From Kudoa neothunni (taxonomy: Eukaryota; Animalia; Cnidaria), in assembly GCA_964304625.1 (NCBI GenBank), contig OZ199839.1, positions 11,066,847-11,130,846 of the forward strand: a DNA stretch of 64,000 bases. The letters run 5' to 3'. The notes under the pieces are model-generated. The model was not told the origin of the DNA. It searched no databases and saw nothing but the letters and a program-made list of their open reading frames with translations. How positions within the stretch are numbered: position 1 is the stretch's first letter; every line of letters begins with the position of its first letter. The position numbers were made by a program, and so were the translations under genes. Below are positions 1 to 13,741 of this stretch, one piece after another.

Positions 1-3000
1 GTTTTTAATTCTTAAGTATTTATTTGTTTATCTATCTATATTCAGCAGGATTATAAAATGTTCGGCAGTTACCTTGTGTGTGTCATTTGATCTTTGTGTT
101 TCTATCAGCGCTTGCATTCCAAAACATAACATTAATAATTAAAAAGCAATAAAATTTTTGTTCAATAAACATGCAGAGAAGTAGATTAGTTAATTATTGT
201 GTGAATATTCCATTGGTTTTGTAATCAATACGTACATTCATATATATCAACTACAATCGATGACTACTAATTCGCAATCCCCTTGGGGACGGGGAAAAAT
301 ATGAATTACACGTCAGTGACGTCTAATTCTTAGTAGTTTACGTGCGTGCGATTGATAAAAATACAATGAAAAATTGACTTTTATTGTTTCATCGATTTAA
401 AATTATTCATAATTTAGATCAAAACTAAAAAATAATAAAGCATTTTTTTGACGCACCAAAAAATTATTGTTATATGGAAATAATATTATTAAGAACTTTT
501 GGGTTTCATCTGATGTATGTAAAACAATTTATTCGGAACAAAAATAACCATGTTTTGGAATTACTTAAGAGGCGTTAATTGATAGAACAGCGCTCTCTCA
601 TCGACACTATATATTTTATCCTCCTTATAATTTTCAAGAATTTAAAGAAGTTGAGTGTTCTAATCTGTAATGATTCCTATGGGTACCGTGTTAGATTCAA
701 CATGGAAACTGTTTTTTTAAGTTGAACCTATTTTTAAAGTCACGAAATTATCCATAACTAACATTTTTTAAATCATTTTCAGAAGAATCGATGTTATATC
801 TTTTGTTAATTATTTCGTTGGGCGATAATTCGATATTTTTGATCCCATCCAAACGAACCACTCACACACGTTGATCAGCGTCGTCATATTTTCTTTTCCA
901 CATTGATCTTTGTTTAACTAGAAGCAATTTTCTTTCAAATGTCTGTTTATTTTGAACTTATTTTCTAAAATGCCATTTAAAGTTGAAATATAACCTATGT
1001 TGAAGTGTTTAGTAGTTTTCGTATTTCTATTTAAGGGCGGTAAACTATCATAATATGTAATTATCTCATATTTCTCTTGAAGCAATATAAATTTGTGAAT
1101 TCTTTTTGGGGAATTTAGAAATAATTACGATTAATTGGTTATTACACAATGTTAAAACTTTTTATTTCACAAAATAAAAAACCACTCTTGTATTTAATTA
1201 TGAACGCATAATACATGTTATTTGATAAATTTAACCGGATGGATAAAGTTTTAAGGAAAGTTACGAATTAACGGCCACCTACTGTATATATAAAACTAAT
1301 AGAAATTAACAAAATATGGCGTAATTGTATTCGTTGTGTCAACAATAGGATATACGATATATAAAATCATAATTAGTATTGTTTATCAAAGTTTATTGAG
1401 TTTAGCATCAATATTTCCTTAATTTATTTTTTGTTTCAAGTTAATTTCTAAATTTTGACAAGACCGACGATCCATATTTTAGGTTATATGCAACTTTTAA
1501 GAAAATTTTAAAGTTTAATTTAAAAATGATGTATACATTTCGTTAAATTAGTGTGTCCCAACCTTTTTATTTCACGGACTCTCCACTTGTTAAGTTAAAT
1601 GAATTTGAACCCTTAAGTATAGTCAACATATATTTATATTCATGATACCGTTCCATAATTGTTTTTTAAAGTCAGGTATATACGAAAGAATAATTTTTGT
1701 TGACGAAATTTTTATAGTATAATCCTTTTCACGGACCTCTATAAATAATTACGCCAGCCCTTGATTGGGATGGATTTTATCGAATTCCCAGTTATTCAAT
1801 AACTCACTATTAGGGGTTAAAAAATGTGATTATCGTATCGAATAGTCTTGATACTCTAAAATATCAAAAGTTACTCAAAATTTCAATACGGTGTTGATCA
1901 TTTAATTTTTTAGGGAATAAGCTAAAACAATGTATATCTACTTCTATTATATATGAAAATTAGCGCGACCTTCCCGGCTTCGTTAGAGATCGGTAAGATT
2001 TTTCATTGAAACTTAGGTTAAATCCTACAAGCAGTACGTAAATCCTGTCAATTAACCCGTAGAAGTGTATATGTAGAGATTACACACGCTATTGGGTAAC
2101 AACCTTGAAATATAATAGTTACTTGTAAAAAAATAATAAAAAAGACTGAAAAATTTGACTATATGTAAAAAATAAAGTGAACATGTACATATAGATCATG
2201 GTATATCACAAAAATACCATTTATATTTGATGTAATTAGCACCCTTAAAAACATATTAACTGCAAAAAATAATGCTAATATAATTTTTTAAAATTAATTA
2301 ATGAATTAAAGTCTGATAGTTGACCACATTGTCATTATTTTAATTAAATGGTAAAATTAATATAATAAATTAGTAATAACTTTGTTCTTAATATCAATAA
2401 GTTGATACAAAAAATATATAAACTAAAACAAATATTAATTTATGATATTATTTCTTTAAAAAGTACATTGTTGTTATACAAAATAAATGGTAGAACGGAT
2501 CATTTCTAATAAAACATGTCAAACTAATTAAAATGATTGAATCGAATAATTTCTGAACGAAACACTATTGAAAATGTTTTTAAGGCGTATTAATTACGTG
2601 AAAAGTAATTCGTGGACAATAAAATGGGGTTTTATTTGTTTTTGGAAATGTAACGAAGTTTTCACGTGTGCGGACAATTTTGTACTCGGGATTTCGTAAT
2701 AAAAAAAAAATCATTATAATTACCTGAGTTATTTCTATTTGTGTTCTTTTATTTTATTATTGGCAAAAATAAAAAAAAGAGAATAAAAACGATGTTTTTA
2801 GACCGCCTCCTACCTTATTATCTGACCTACAACTGGCTTTCCCCCAATCCTAATAAGTATTTGATAGCCTAATTTTTCTTAATATTAAAAATGAGAATAT
2901 CTTCTTTAAGAATCGATAAAAATATTTAATAACGAAATACAAATACAACTAACAAAATCCCAGGCTTTATTTCGACCTTGTGACTTAATACATATAATCT

Positions 3001-4150
3001 TCGATATGGTACTAAGAAAATCTCAAGATTTGAGGAAAATATCTCAATATTATAAATTTCCGATTGAGCTTCGACTCAGTCATAGATAAAAGTCACGCCA
3101 CACGAATTTCCAAACTCCCACTCACTATGTAATACATTCCTCTACGTCCTATATATAACTGTAATCACACGACCATCACCAATTTGTTTCTGCTTTAACC
3201 CTTCGAACCCCAATGTTGCCATTTGGTAACATTTTAATTTTGTGAGTGTTCTGACTGGTTAATTACATTTTTAAATCTATCCTTTTTATAATAATATAGT
3301 TAATGTTTATTTGATTTTATAAAATTTTGTTTGTTTAATATCAAGAGCAACAGATACGAATATCGAACTCTAAGGCAGATATAAAAAAGGGTAAAAGTTT
3401 CCTGCAAATAAACTTAGAATTTTGACATTTCAATAAAATTCAAAAATATACACATAAAGTATTAAGTAAGTTTATTCTAAAAATGAATTTAAGAAGAAAA
3501 TATGTTTTGATATGTATACTATAAGGACAGATTAATCCATGCTGCCATTTGGCAACGTTCGGCCTTCGATTTAAGTGTGTTTATATATCTTTGGAATGGA
3601 TTCTGATTAGACTGGAGATGAGGAATAAACAGATCATATTTTTAAAAATCATATTATTACCAGGTAAACACAGATCAGACGTTGGACTGGAATCGGATTC
3701 CATTTTGTATAGTCAATATGATGATATTTTATCCGAATACAGTTCCAGTGATGGGGAGTAAGATGACTACCGTTTAAATTAGACAATGAACGCAAAAAAT
3801 TAAATAAACAATGATATTGAAACAACTATTATTTTTGAATAAGTTGAAGATATTATAATTGAATTTTTCACTTATTTCAATCGATTCTTCAAAGATAAAT
3901 TATTTGAATATAATTTGCATTAAGTGCAATGTTCATTTGTGTCTCAATAAAAACAGAAACTGCGTTTTGGACTATTCAAATTGTAATCAATAATTTAATA
4001 TTTCATTTCTGATGGTGGAAGAGTAATTTCTTGGTTAAAAACAGGCACATGCCCACTCCAGCATATTGAAATAAGCCGCGTCCCAATGTTGCCATTTAGC
4101 ACCATGTGTGTATCTTTTTAATTTTTGAAATGACTGCTCCAATGTTTCGA
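1..4150 (+). repeat. Segmental duplication, copy of 39549-~43660
   Basis: Base 1 onward (gtttttaattcttaagtatt...) matches from 39549. Near-identical to ~3450, more diverged after that. Confidence 0.92.
254..1284 (-). mobile_element. Decayed pogo/Tigger-like Tc1-mariner element (second copy ~39802-40835)
   Basis: TA-flanked degenerate TIRs (CAATCGATGACTACTAATTCG / CGAATTAACGGCCACCTACTG). Left subterminal region resembles that of the 10068 element. Confidence 0.5.
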
Positions 4151-4820
4151 TATTTTATGAAAAATTATTTGAAATTTTGTTGAATGAATTATGTTCAATT
4201 TACTATTCAGATGGGCTCATGGAGCCCAAGGTCACATATTAAGGGTTAAAAGGATATTTTATATGCTTTAATATAAATTTATCGGAGCTGGTTAATAACG
4301 TGAGGATTTAAGGAGAATCCCCATTTTAAGTCAAAGTCTGTTACTTTTATCATTCATAAATAAAATCAAACTAATAAAAATTAATATTTAAATAGAAAAA
4401 TTTTATGTAATAAAGATTCTAAGTTCATCCTAAAAAATTATTTCAAAATTTTTTGCTAAGGCTAAAAAACAATCGAGTAGGACTTTTCTATTTTGTGCCC
4501 AAAATATAAATTATGGAAGTACTATATTTGAAAATTACTATTATTACTATTATGAACTGTTCTCAATCAAGAAATTCTATATTATCCAATGCACACAACA
4601 CTATAAATATTCACGATAAACTTAATTATAAGGTAAATATAATTTTGATAATGGCCAAAATTAGAATTATGTTAATGAATTTATTTTCTTTCCGCATTAA
4701 TGCTAAAGATTTATGACTTTTTCGGATTATTTGAATTAGTTCGCAAATCATTTAATTAAATGCATTGAATTAATTATAAACAATTATTTACGACAAGAAT
4801 ATGGTATGTATGTATATAAC

Positions 4821-4934
4821 GATCATTGAATTCATTAGCCGATTACACTTATTTAAAGATTCATTCTATAATAGTGTTAAAATTATTTAAAGTTATTTGA
4901 CAATTATACGAATCGGAACGATAAAATATTGAAA
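4821..4934 (+). promoter_or_regulatory. Conserved proximal upstream block (promoter/5'UTR) of the surface-protein genes; also at ~22957-23070, ~25152-25265, ~35940-36053
   Basis: Near-identical gatcattgaattcattagccgattacactta...gaacgataaaatattgaaaATG in all four copies, preceded by a TATATAA/TATAAA-like box. Regulatory function is inferred. Confidence 0.55.
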
Positions 4935-6777
4935 ATGAAACTATTTTGGATTCTACTGATATGTAATTTTTTAATTTGTAATCAAAATGTTGATCCTTTT
5001 AGGTTGTCTCAATGTTCTCTATTCAAACGCCGAAATTATTGATAAAGATTATAGCAATAGTGAAAACCTTGAACATAAAGATAAGTCTCCCCCCGAATTA
5101 AAGCACCGAATTAAATGCATACTAAATCGGAATTTGCCGTTTAAACAATTTGACGCAGAAAAATACAATTACACTAATGAGGCGAGCCAAGTTTGCGATG
5201 TGGCACATTTTCTAAGTGACTCGAAGAATTATCTTAACACGCAAGAAAATAATTATGGTTTGAAAAGCCAAAGACTGCTGGAAATAATCGAAGTAAGTAA
5301 GTTTATAAAGCAGACAACATTTATTTCATTTAACTATGAAAAAATTAAATCAATTATTGAAAAATACATTGACAATATTAATAATATTATCCAAAACGAA
5401 AGTAAAATAAAAAGTGATGCCCAGTTGTTTAAAAATAAAAAAAGTGAATTTATTTCTGAATGGGAAGATTACAAAAACAAATACGACCAAATTAATGTGG
5501 CAAAGAGAGAAATAAAAGAAATTTTCGATTCCGTAGTCAGATCGAAACAAATTTGTTCCGGAAATGCGCAAAGCGTTGACGATTACGATCATATAATAAG
5601 CAAATATAGTGTAAAAGACCTCTTGGATACCAACTGGAAAACGATAACCGATAGCGCTGATGTGCTGAAAATTGCATGCGGAAATGAGAAAACTATTCCA
5701 AAAATCGATACAATTATAACCACGGCTTTTGATGATTATAAAGAGATTATTGAAGAAATCAGAGTGCAAGAAGATGATTTAACCAGTAAAGTTCAAGATT
5801 TGTCCAAAGAAGCTTCCAATTATAGTAGTCTGATAAATGATATCAACCAAATAACTCACAATAATTTAATTGCTAAATACGATCAACTAACGAAAGATTA
5901 TAATGATGCTGTTAAAATGATTGAAACTAACAAAAGGGAACGGAGTTTCTGGAGCGATTATCTCAGAAGGGTATCTGTTCACGTATTAAAGAAAAGCGAA
6001 GCTGAAAAAGATTCATTTGAGAAAGCGATTAGAGCTCTGAAGGAATATTTAAATGAGAATATAGACAAAGATGGAAATGAAGAAAAACTTAAAATATTAA
6101 CAGGACGCCTGGAAAACGTAATCGAAAATTTGCACACCCAGAGGGATACAATGCTAAACATAGCCAAATTAAATGCGAAAAACGTAGAAATCACGGAAAA
6201 ATGGATTAAAGCTATCTCTGATGCATTAGAATCACGATTTTATAAAAATAAAGACCGATATCGGAATATATATGTGGGAAATTCGACTCCCAGCAATACC
6301 TACGCTTTCAATAGAAGCGCGACATCTATTACCGAATATGTAAACGAACTTAAATCAACGGTGGAAAATATAAGAGAAGGATTGAGTAAAAGCACCCAAC
6401 TTTTTAATTCTGCATCAATTAACAAGGATAGAATTGAAAATGAAGGGAAGGAAGTGGAGAAAATATTTGAATCCCTACACATCAACGTACCGACTGCGCC
6501 TAAAAACGACGGGGGTAATTCAAAACCGAATATTATGAACCAAACAAGTGAGGTAACGACGGACCCAAAAATGAACAATGTTACAGCTGAAGAGCAAGAT
6601 CAATCATCAGAAACGACAACAGCTACAATTACCAATAATTCGAAAAGTCAAAGCAAATCTAGTTTGATTGCTATCGTGGCAACTGTGTTAGGGCTTTTGG
6701 TGATTATTATTATTGTTGGAGTGGTAATATACCGAACCAAATTGGCAACCAATCAAAAGTTCAACGATAAAATTTAG
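4935..6777 (+). CDS. Surface-protein family copy 1 (type A): type-I membrane protein, ~600 aa; exon1 4935-4962, 40-nt intron 4963-5002, exon2 5003-6777
   Basis: ATG at 4935 plus a phase-1 GT..AG intron gives MKLFWILLICCLNVLYSNA-EIID, a good signal peptide. Long helical K/N/E/I-rich ectodomain with 4 Cys, T/S/N-rich stalk, TM helix (LIAIVATVLGLLVIIIIVGVVIY) and tail RTKLATNQKFNDKI. The same exon layout occurs in all paralogues. Confidence 0.9.
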
Positions 6778-6949
6778 TCTTTGTTTGATGCAAAATTCAT
6801 ATTTATTTAATTCATTTTTAGTATTTTAGATTTATATGGAAAATTATTATTTTTTTATATTCATGTCTGAGTTTTATTTATGAAATTATAGAATTATTTT
6901 ATTATTATAGTGAATTTATATATAATAATATAAATGGTTTATAAAATAA

Positions 6950-6985
6950 CTAGTGCGAAAACCCAAGCGTTGCCGAGGAGTGGGT
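6950..6985 (-). mobile_element. Helitron-like 3' end immediately downstream of type-A genes (also 27272-27305)
   Basis: On the minus strand a hairpin (CCCCGGCAAGGCCGAGG in the copy 3 flank) is followed by CTAG/CCAG then T. It lies exactly where the type-A and type-B 3' flanks diverge. Confidence 0.55.
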
Positions 6986-9900
6986 TAATTTAAAATTAAA
7001 AATGGTACTGGCTATTCTTATGGTAATAAATATCTTCTATAATAGCTAAGATATTACAAAACTGATTTCATTAATGTGAAAAGCTATTTTTTATTTCCTC
7101 AAAAATAAAATTTCATAAAGATATCTTTTTATTAAAATTCACTGGTGAGTTTGAGCTTTATATCGTAGTTGGTTCTTTAAATTTGCCTACGTATATCCCC
7201 GTTTGTCAAAATAATACTTTGTGGAATTTTTATTTAGTGGAGTAAATACTTTATTAAATATACAAATAGGCATAATTTCACAATTTCTAATATTTGACAC
7301 TTGAGAATTCTTTTGACGATGTTGTATTTGGGCATTTTAGATATTGAGGTTTATTCAAATTTATATTGCTTACACAATAATATAATTTTAAATCTTATTT
7401 TAAAATTTGTTATCTGGATTAAAAGTTCTTATCAATAATTAATAAATCGTTAAATTTAAAATATTTGAGTAACAATCTTACCTCAAGAGAAACTATACGC
7501 AATATTCTCTAAGTGTTATTTTCGTTAGCCTCACATTTCACAAAAATATTTACTTCTGTTAAAATTTTTGTAGATGAGTGAATGATTATTATTAAATTGA
7601 GATTTTATTTCCTTACCATGATTATTTATGACAATTTATTGATTTGTGATTTTTCTAGGCGGGGGTCTCATAAATTGCCGCTATACTCTACGGAAAATAA
7701 CGTTAATATTCAAAACATATGAGAATTTTTTAGTATCAAATTAAAATTTCAAAATGGATTCCTTTTTTTAATTTCACCACTTCTTTATCAACTGCATACG
7801 TTGATTATCAACATATAAATTTTTTTTCATTGTACATTAATGCGGTTTAAATAATAGCATTATTCAAACTTTATGCATCAAATTTTGACCATAAAATCTC
7901 CTAAATTTATTATACATAACCGTTATCAATCTTAAATTAAAACCAATAAATATATTTAGAAATTTCTTTAAAAATCAACAGCTTTGCAGCACTACAAAAG
8001 AGGTTTCGTGCATATTAGACAAGGTTACTTTGGCCGGCTAGATCGCATGGCGCACCTGGTTTATGACTAAAACCCCTGAACTTATTAGTAATATGAAAAA
8101 CGTCATTATCAATCTTAAAACACGTTTTGCCGCTAGTGTATTCACGAATAAATGCATTTCAAGTGAATTCAATGAATATAGGATGATTAAAGGACTATAC
8201 TCATCAGAAATGTTTAATAAGAAACTAACTTAATAAATTTTGTATAAACGAGGGAATAAATAATAGCTTTACACATTAATAAAATCAATTTTATAATATC
8301 TTAGCTATTCTAGAAGATATTCCTTACCGTAAGAATAGTCAGTACCATTGAAAATGCGATTACCGTATCGAATAGTCTTGATACTCGAAAATATCTAAAA
8401 TTATTCTAAATTTCGATTCGAAGGTTCTCACTTTAATTGTTTAAGAAATAAGCTAAAGCAATGTATATCGACTTCTACTATCTCTGAAAAGTAACACATA
8501 CTTCCCGGCTTCGTTAGTTATAAGGAATATTCTCCATTGAAAAGTTGGTCAAACCATTCAAACAATACATTACTCTCTTCAATTAACCTATAGAAGTGTA
8601 TATATGGTAATTACACACATTATTGGTTGGAAAAATTAAAATATAATAGTTATATTGTAATAAAAATAATAAAAAATGTGCAAAACAAATTTGTAACCGA
8701 CCCAATGTGGAAAATACAGTACACACTACTCTACGAGCTGAAATATTTTACTGAGTCCCATTTTTATTACACATTTTTATTGGGTGAAAGAAACTGTCTC
8801 AAAAAAACGTATGAATAAAATAATGCGTATGGAATATTTTTAAAAGATTGTAAATGTATTGATGTCCAAAGGTTGATCATATCGTAACTATTAAATTTTA
8901 ATTATAAAATTTTTATCATAAAATGGTGGCAGTGGGTATTGCAACGAATCCGTTTAACCTGTATGCTCGGACTGTCTATTGTAACGGGAGGAAATAACCC
9001 TTAAACTAACATGTCAATTAAATTTTAAACTTCATTTTTATAATTGGTGACTTTTTTGAAAAATAATTTAAAAATTTGGGGAAATTATAGTAGGTAGAAT
9101 TTTCGGTAATGAGGAGTGTGTAGCACCTAGAAACCACTATCTTGCGCATGTTCCTTCATTCTAATTTTTCACGATTGTTTATAATAAAATAATATCGAGA
9201 GCAAAGATTCAGCACAAAATAACAACTTCTAAATTCTAACAATTCTTAAACCGAACATTGTGGGGTGCACGTGCAATCTCCATCATGAGACAATGAACAT
9301 TGAATTTTCTCTTTCTCTCTTCTCTTAATAACTCGACTGTTACATATTATCAATATTTAAATTTTTGTCTACTATAATATAACAATTTTAAAACGATAAA
9401 CTTAAAAAAAGGTCTTCCACATTTTTCACAAAAAATATATTTTCTATTACATAAATATGTTGTGTTAACTACTAATGTATATAAACAAGTTTACAATAGG
9501 TATTTTTAGTTTATAATTTTTTTGGACGATTTATATTTACTTATAGGATTGTTATACTATCATTTTTATTAACATTTATTAATTGCAAAAATTATGCATG
9601 TAAATATCAACAATTCTAAATGTTCATTATGTCAAAGGCCTCATCAAAAAAATCTGTGCACAAATATTTTATTGAAAATTATTTATTTAACAATTCTTTT
9701 GAATAAATAAAAATAGAAGCCAGAATCCATGTAAGATTTTAAAAACGGTGACAATAATTTACAATTTTTTATTGTTATTCTTAATTCATTAATTCAGGTA
9801 TTCTCAACCGGAGGGAAATGACGAGGGGTAAATTAAATAACATCCAAATTGGATGTGGAATTTTTTGCTTAATGTGCTTGAGATGTACTGCAGGATTTCT

Positions 9901-10067
9901 AAGGAATTATATTATGTGAGGATATTAAAATCAATATGAAATAGGGAGAAATTCTTCCAAAACTTTGTAGGAATAAGTATTTAACAGTTATTTTTAAAAC
10001 TATTATCAATCTCTATCTTTTATATCTCTTTTATTTTTTGGTGATGCATCCCCTAATAATTATAATA

Positions 10068-10920
10068 CAGTAAGAAACCAAATTCACGTAATCCCCTCGG
10101 GACCAAGGAAAAGTGCGTAAAACCGGTCACGTCCAATTTCACTCACCCGCGTGCGCAATTATTCAGAAAAAATTGGCACTTAATAATGATTAAATTGCGT
10201 TTATAAAGGCTAATTAACTATATATTAATTTTTAAATGATAATTAAAACTCGAGAAACGTGTTAACAGTACAAAAATATTTGTCAACGATCTATGAAATA
10301 CTCTTCTTGTTGCTATCGGTAGAATACGGCAGTTTCGTCTACATTTTAAAAATAATTTTCAGAGTATCTTTTAAAAAATGTTCTGATTTAATTCGTCTAT
10401 TACGAAGTAGTTTCAGATGTAGAAACAGTAGATTACCTAATAAAATTTGATTTTTTAATGTTGGACCTTTTTTTAAAGAGCAAAACCTGCCACGAATTGC
10501 ACATGAAGGCAAACCTTTTTCTTTGACGAATTGATTTCTCTTGATAATTATCGTGAAGACGCTTATTACAATCTTTCTGCTTCGTGTCCACCCAATCCAC
10601 TCATATACATTTTCATCAACAAAATTAAATTGTCTTGCATACAAATTATTTCTATTTTTAGATTATAAAACCATTTATATGTTTTGATTATTTTATTTTC
10701 CATCTCTAGGATGACATTAGGAGTCGGGATAATAGATATTTTAAAATGTGATACAGTGACAGTTTTTGGGTCGTTAGATTGAAGACTTTCATAATAACTA
10801 GTAATATTGTATTCTTCGACAATAGGTATAGTTATAGGAGTTTATGACATTAAATATTAACTTAACTAAATGATAAACAAGAAGCACCCAGGAAAAGTGC
10901 GTGAAATTGGTTACCTACTG
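10068..10920 (-). mobile_element. pogo/Tigger-like element, internally deleted
   Basis: TA TSD; TIRs CAGTAAGAAACCAAATTCACG / CGTGAAATTGGTTACCTACTG; CENP-B-type HTH remnant DENVYEWIGWTRSRKIVIS; exact empty site (attataaTAatactta) at ~30135-30150. Confidence 0.85.
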
Positions 10921-10954
10921 TAATACTTAACATGACTATTTTCATGGTAATTAA

Positions 10955-13268
10955 CCCATTCGAGTTTTATGTATCGAAAATGATACACCAGTATTTCGAT
11001 TGTATATCTATATATAAATAATATACCTATTTTTTCCCCATTTTAATTTAAGTGAAAAATAAAAATTGTTTATAATATAACGATATAAATGTAAAATTAT
11101 TTATTTGGAAGTTTTACTGATTCTTTTTTTTCCGTCCGCCTAAGTATGGGCATCGGCACGAAAAAATGTTTCTGTTGTGCTAGAAGAAACTGAAACTGCT
11201 AACATATATTATCTTTTGAATTAATTTTACATTGTATTCAATTTAAACATCATACCTAAACTGATTGCGGAAATAATATACTTTAACTAGTGTATCATTT
11301 TCGATGCATAAAACCCAAGTGTTTACGGTAAACTCTCAAAATGAACGTCACTGAGTATTTAAAATTACCTGATGCAATCAAAAATTTTGACGAAATTTGC
11401 GATAACACATTACTGATATTGTTGAACTTCCGCCTGACAATGTTGGTGTAGTTACTGATGAAGAGGACAGTTATATTCCCATTGGCGATAATATCATCAG
11501 AGACAATGATATCCATGATATTGCGGGTCATATTGAAATATTTACTATTTTAGGAGATCCGGGAGAAATAGAATTTATTGAAAAGGTTTTATGGAGAAAA
11601 TATACGAATGAATTAATTCAAAAAAGAGAAAACAGGGGTGAAAATGTACCAATTCAATATGATCTATACCCAGGTTTTTTTGAATTAAATCTGTTATTTT
11701 AACAAAATTTAGATTCATATGAAATATATAAGCAATTATTTGATGACAATCTTGTATTGAAAATAGTTAAGCAGACAAATATTTACTCTCGCCAGAAGAA
11801 TGATCATGACTTTCACGTATCTGTTAATGAAATGAAAAATTTCATAGGCATACTTATATTATCTGGTTATCATAACTTACCAAGACAGAAAATGTATTGG
11901 GAAACTGCTGAAGACTCTGGCGTCCAATTAGTTAAAAAAGCCATGACTTTAAAACGTTTTAAAGAAATTAAACGTTATGTACACTTTGCTGATAACAACT
12001 CAATCGATGTAAGCGATAAAATGGCTAAATTAAGACCGTTAATCGATAAGTTGAATGCTAATTTTAAAAAATTCTAGATTTTTGATAAAACATTATCAAT
12101 CGATAAACAAATGGTGCCTTATTTTGGTATGCACTCGGCCAAAATGTTTATAAAAGGCAAACCAGTAAGGTTCGGATTCAAGTTATGGATTATGGCCAGC
12201 AAGTCTGGTTATATATACAGCTTCAAAATTTATTGCGGTAAGAAAGAGCAAATAACCAATTTTGTCTCGGTGAGAATGTGGTTTTAAATTTTCTAAAGGA
12301 TATTGATGATTTAAGTGAAGTGGATCTTTATATTGACAACTTCTTTACATCCTACAAATTACTAAAGTTGTTGAAGGAAATGGATGTGGCGGCTACTGGT
12401 ACAGTAAGACCGAATCGAACTGGGAAGCGTCCTCTTTTATGCTTTAATGTTTTTTCCAAAAATAAAAGAGGATATTTCGAACAATATGAAGATTCTCATC
12501 AAATTTATTGTTCCCAATGGAATGACACGAAGCCGGTTATTGTAATGAGCAACCACTACACATGTTATCCATTAGTGTCCATAAAAAGATACTCCAAAAA
12601 GGATAACAAAAATATAATTATTGACCAGCCTCAAATGATACATAAATACAACAAAAACATGGGTGATGTTGATTTGGCCGATAATGGTATTGCCAATTAT
12701 AGAATTTCTATAAGAGGAAAAAAATGGTATTGGCCAATTTTCACTAACCTGATATCCATGTGTGTTGTTAACCCCTGGAAAATTTATAATTCCTTAACAG
12801 ACAAACCTATTGATCTTTTAGAGCACACCAGCGCAATCGTGTCAAATTTGATAAAAACCTCAAATGATATACCTAACAAGAAAAAATCCAAATTATCTCA
12901 AATTATTAAATCTAATATGTGCCCAAAGCCCCTAATAACAACTGATAAATCTGGAAAAAGACTGAGATGCGCCATATGCCATAAAATCACCGTATATTTT
13001 TGTGAAGGGTGCTCCACCGGACTCCATACAAAATGTTTCGCCCTATTTCACAGTTGACGAATAATTTTCAATATAGTGTCGTAATAATATAATTAAAACA
13101 ATTATTCTTATATAGTATTAATTAAGTTTTTATTTTTTGCACATGCACGTTCTCGGGGGTTTTATGTATCGAAAATGATACATTCATAAAATCGCAATAT
13201 TTTTTTAACCTATTATCACAGTTTAATTTTAATTCTTATAATTTTTTAATATAGAAAACCTGAATAGG
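10955..13268 (+). mobile_element. piggyBac transposon with disrupted transposase (PGBD3-like)
   Basis: TTAA flanks; CCCATTCGAGTTTT / AAAACCTGAATAGG ends; repeated subterminal motif gtatcgaaaatgatac. Motifs KPVRFGFKLW, YIDNFFTS, TGTVRPNR, YNKNMGDVDLAD, KKWYWPIF and a C-terminal Cys-rich domain. Stop at 12075 and frameshift ~12265. Empty site at ~30172. Confidence 0.93.
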
Positions 13269-13741
13269 TTAATAGTAATGGGTAAATAGTTGTGACTAAT
13301 TTAATTATGTTTAGGACATAAGAGCGAAAAAATTGGCAAGAAATAATTTACTTTGGAAAATCTGAAAAATAAAATCCATATAAGGCTTGTAAGAGTTGAT
13401 GGAATTAAAAACTGTCATTTTGCGAGCGTAAGTGTCTGTTAGGACAAAAATTTACCCCCAAACCTCAAATAACTCCTGCTATAACTAAACCAGTATAAAA
13501 CCTTACAGTAAAAGTGAATTTTGCTTCCAAGTTAAGGTAATAAATTTTAATTTTTTACCAGGCTGAGGGATAACTATGAAAAAACGGTTGAGAACCCTGC
13601 ATTAAACGATTATATTCGATTTGTTTTATTAAAAATAAAACACATTTAATATTTATTTCAGTATGGATTGAATATATTTTATTTTATTATTATTTTTATA
13701 ATCGTATTGGGATCGGATTTTAAATCTATACATCTTATAAT

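Larger units (their letters stand above)
9795..13599. mobile_element. hAT (Charlie-like) non-autonomous element, expanded by two nested insertions; un-nested copy at 29871-30473
   Basis: TIRs CAGG(T/G)ATTCTCAACCG ... CGGTTGAGAACCC(C)TG; imperfect 8-bp TSD cattaatt / cattaaac. Confidence 0.75.

Noticed and set aside
5350-6578. Antisense ORFs recurring opposite the surface genes (5350, 5979, 6300; also 25846, 26301, 37089, 37410)
   Set aside because: Shadow frames of K/E/N-rich codons; they recur only because the sense genes are duplicated.
4935-6777. Assignment to Plasmodium reticulocyte-binding proteins, VSG or myosin-like coiled-coil families
   Set aside because: The resemblance is compositional or architectural only; no diagnostic motif, so it is treated as analogy.
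8627-8818. Identical 63-aa ORF at 8627 and 28740
   Set aside because: TTG start, lies in repeat-derived duplicated flank, no protein-like features; identity reflects the recent duplication.
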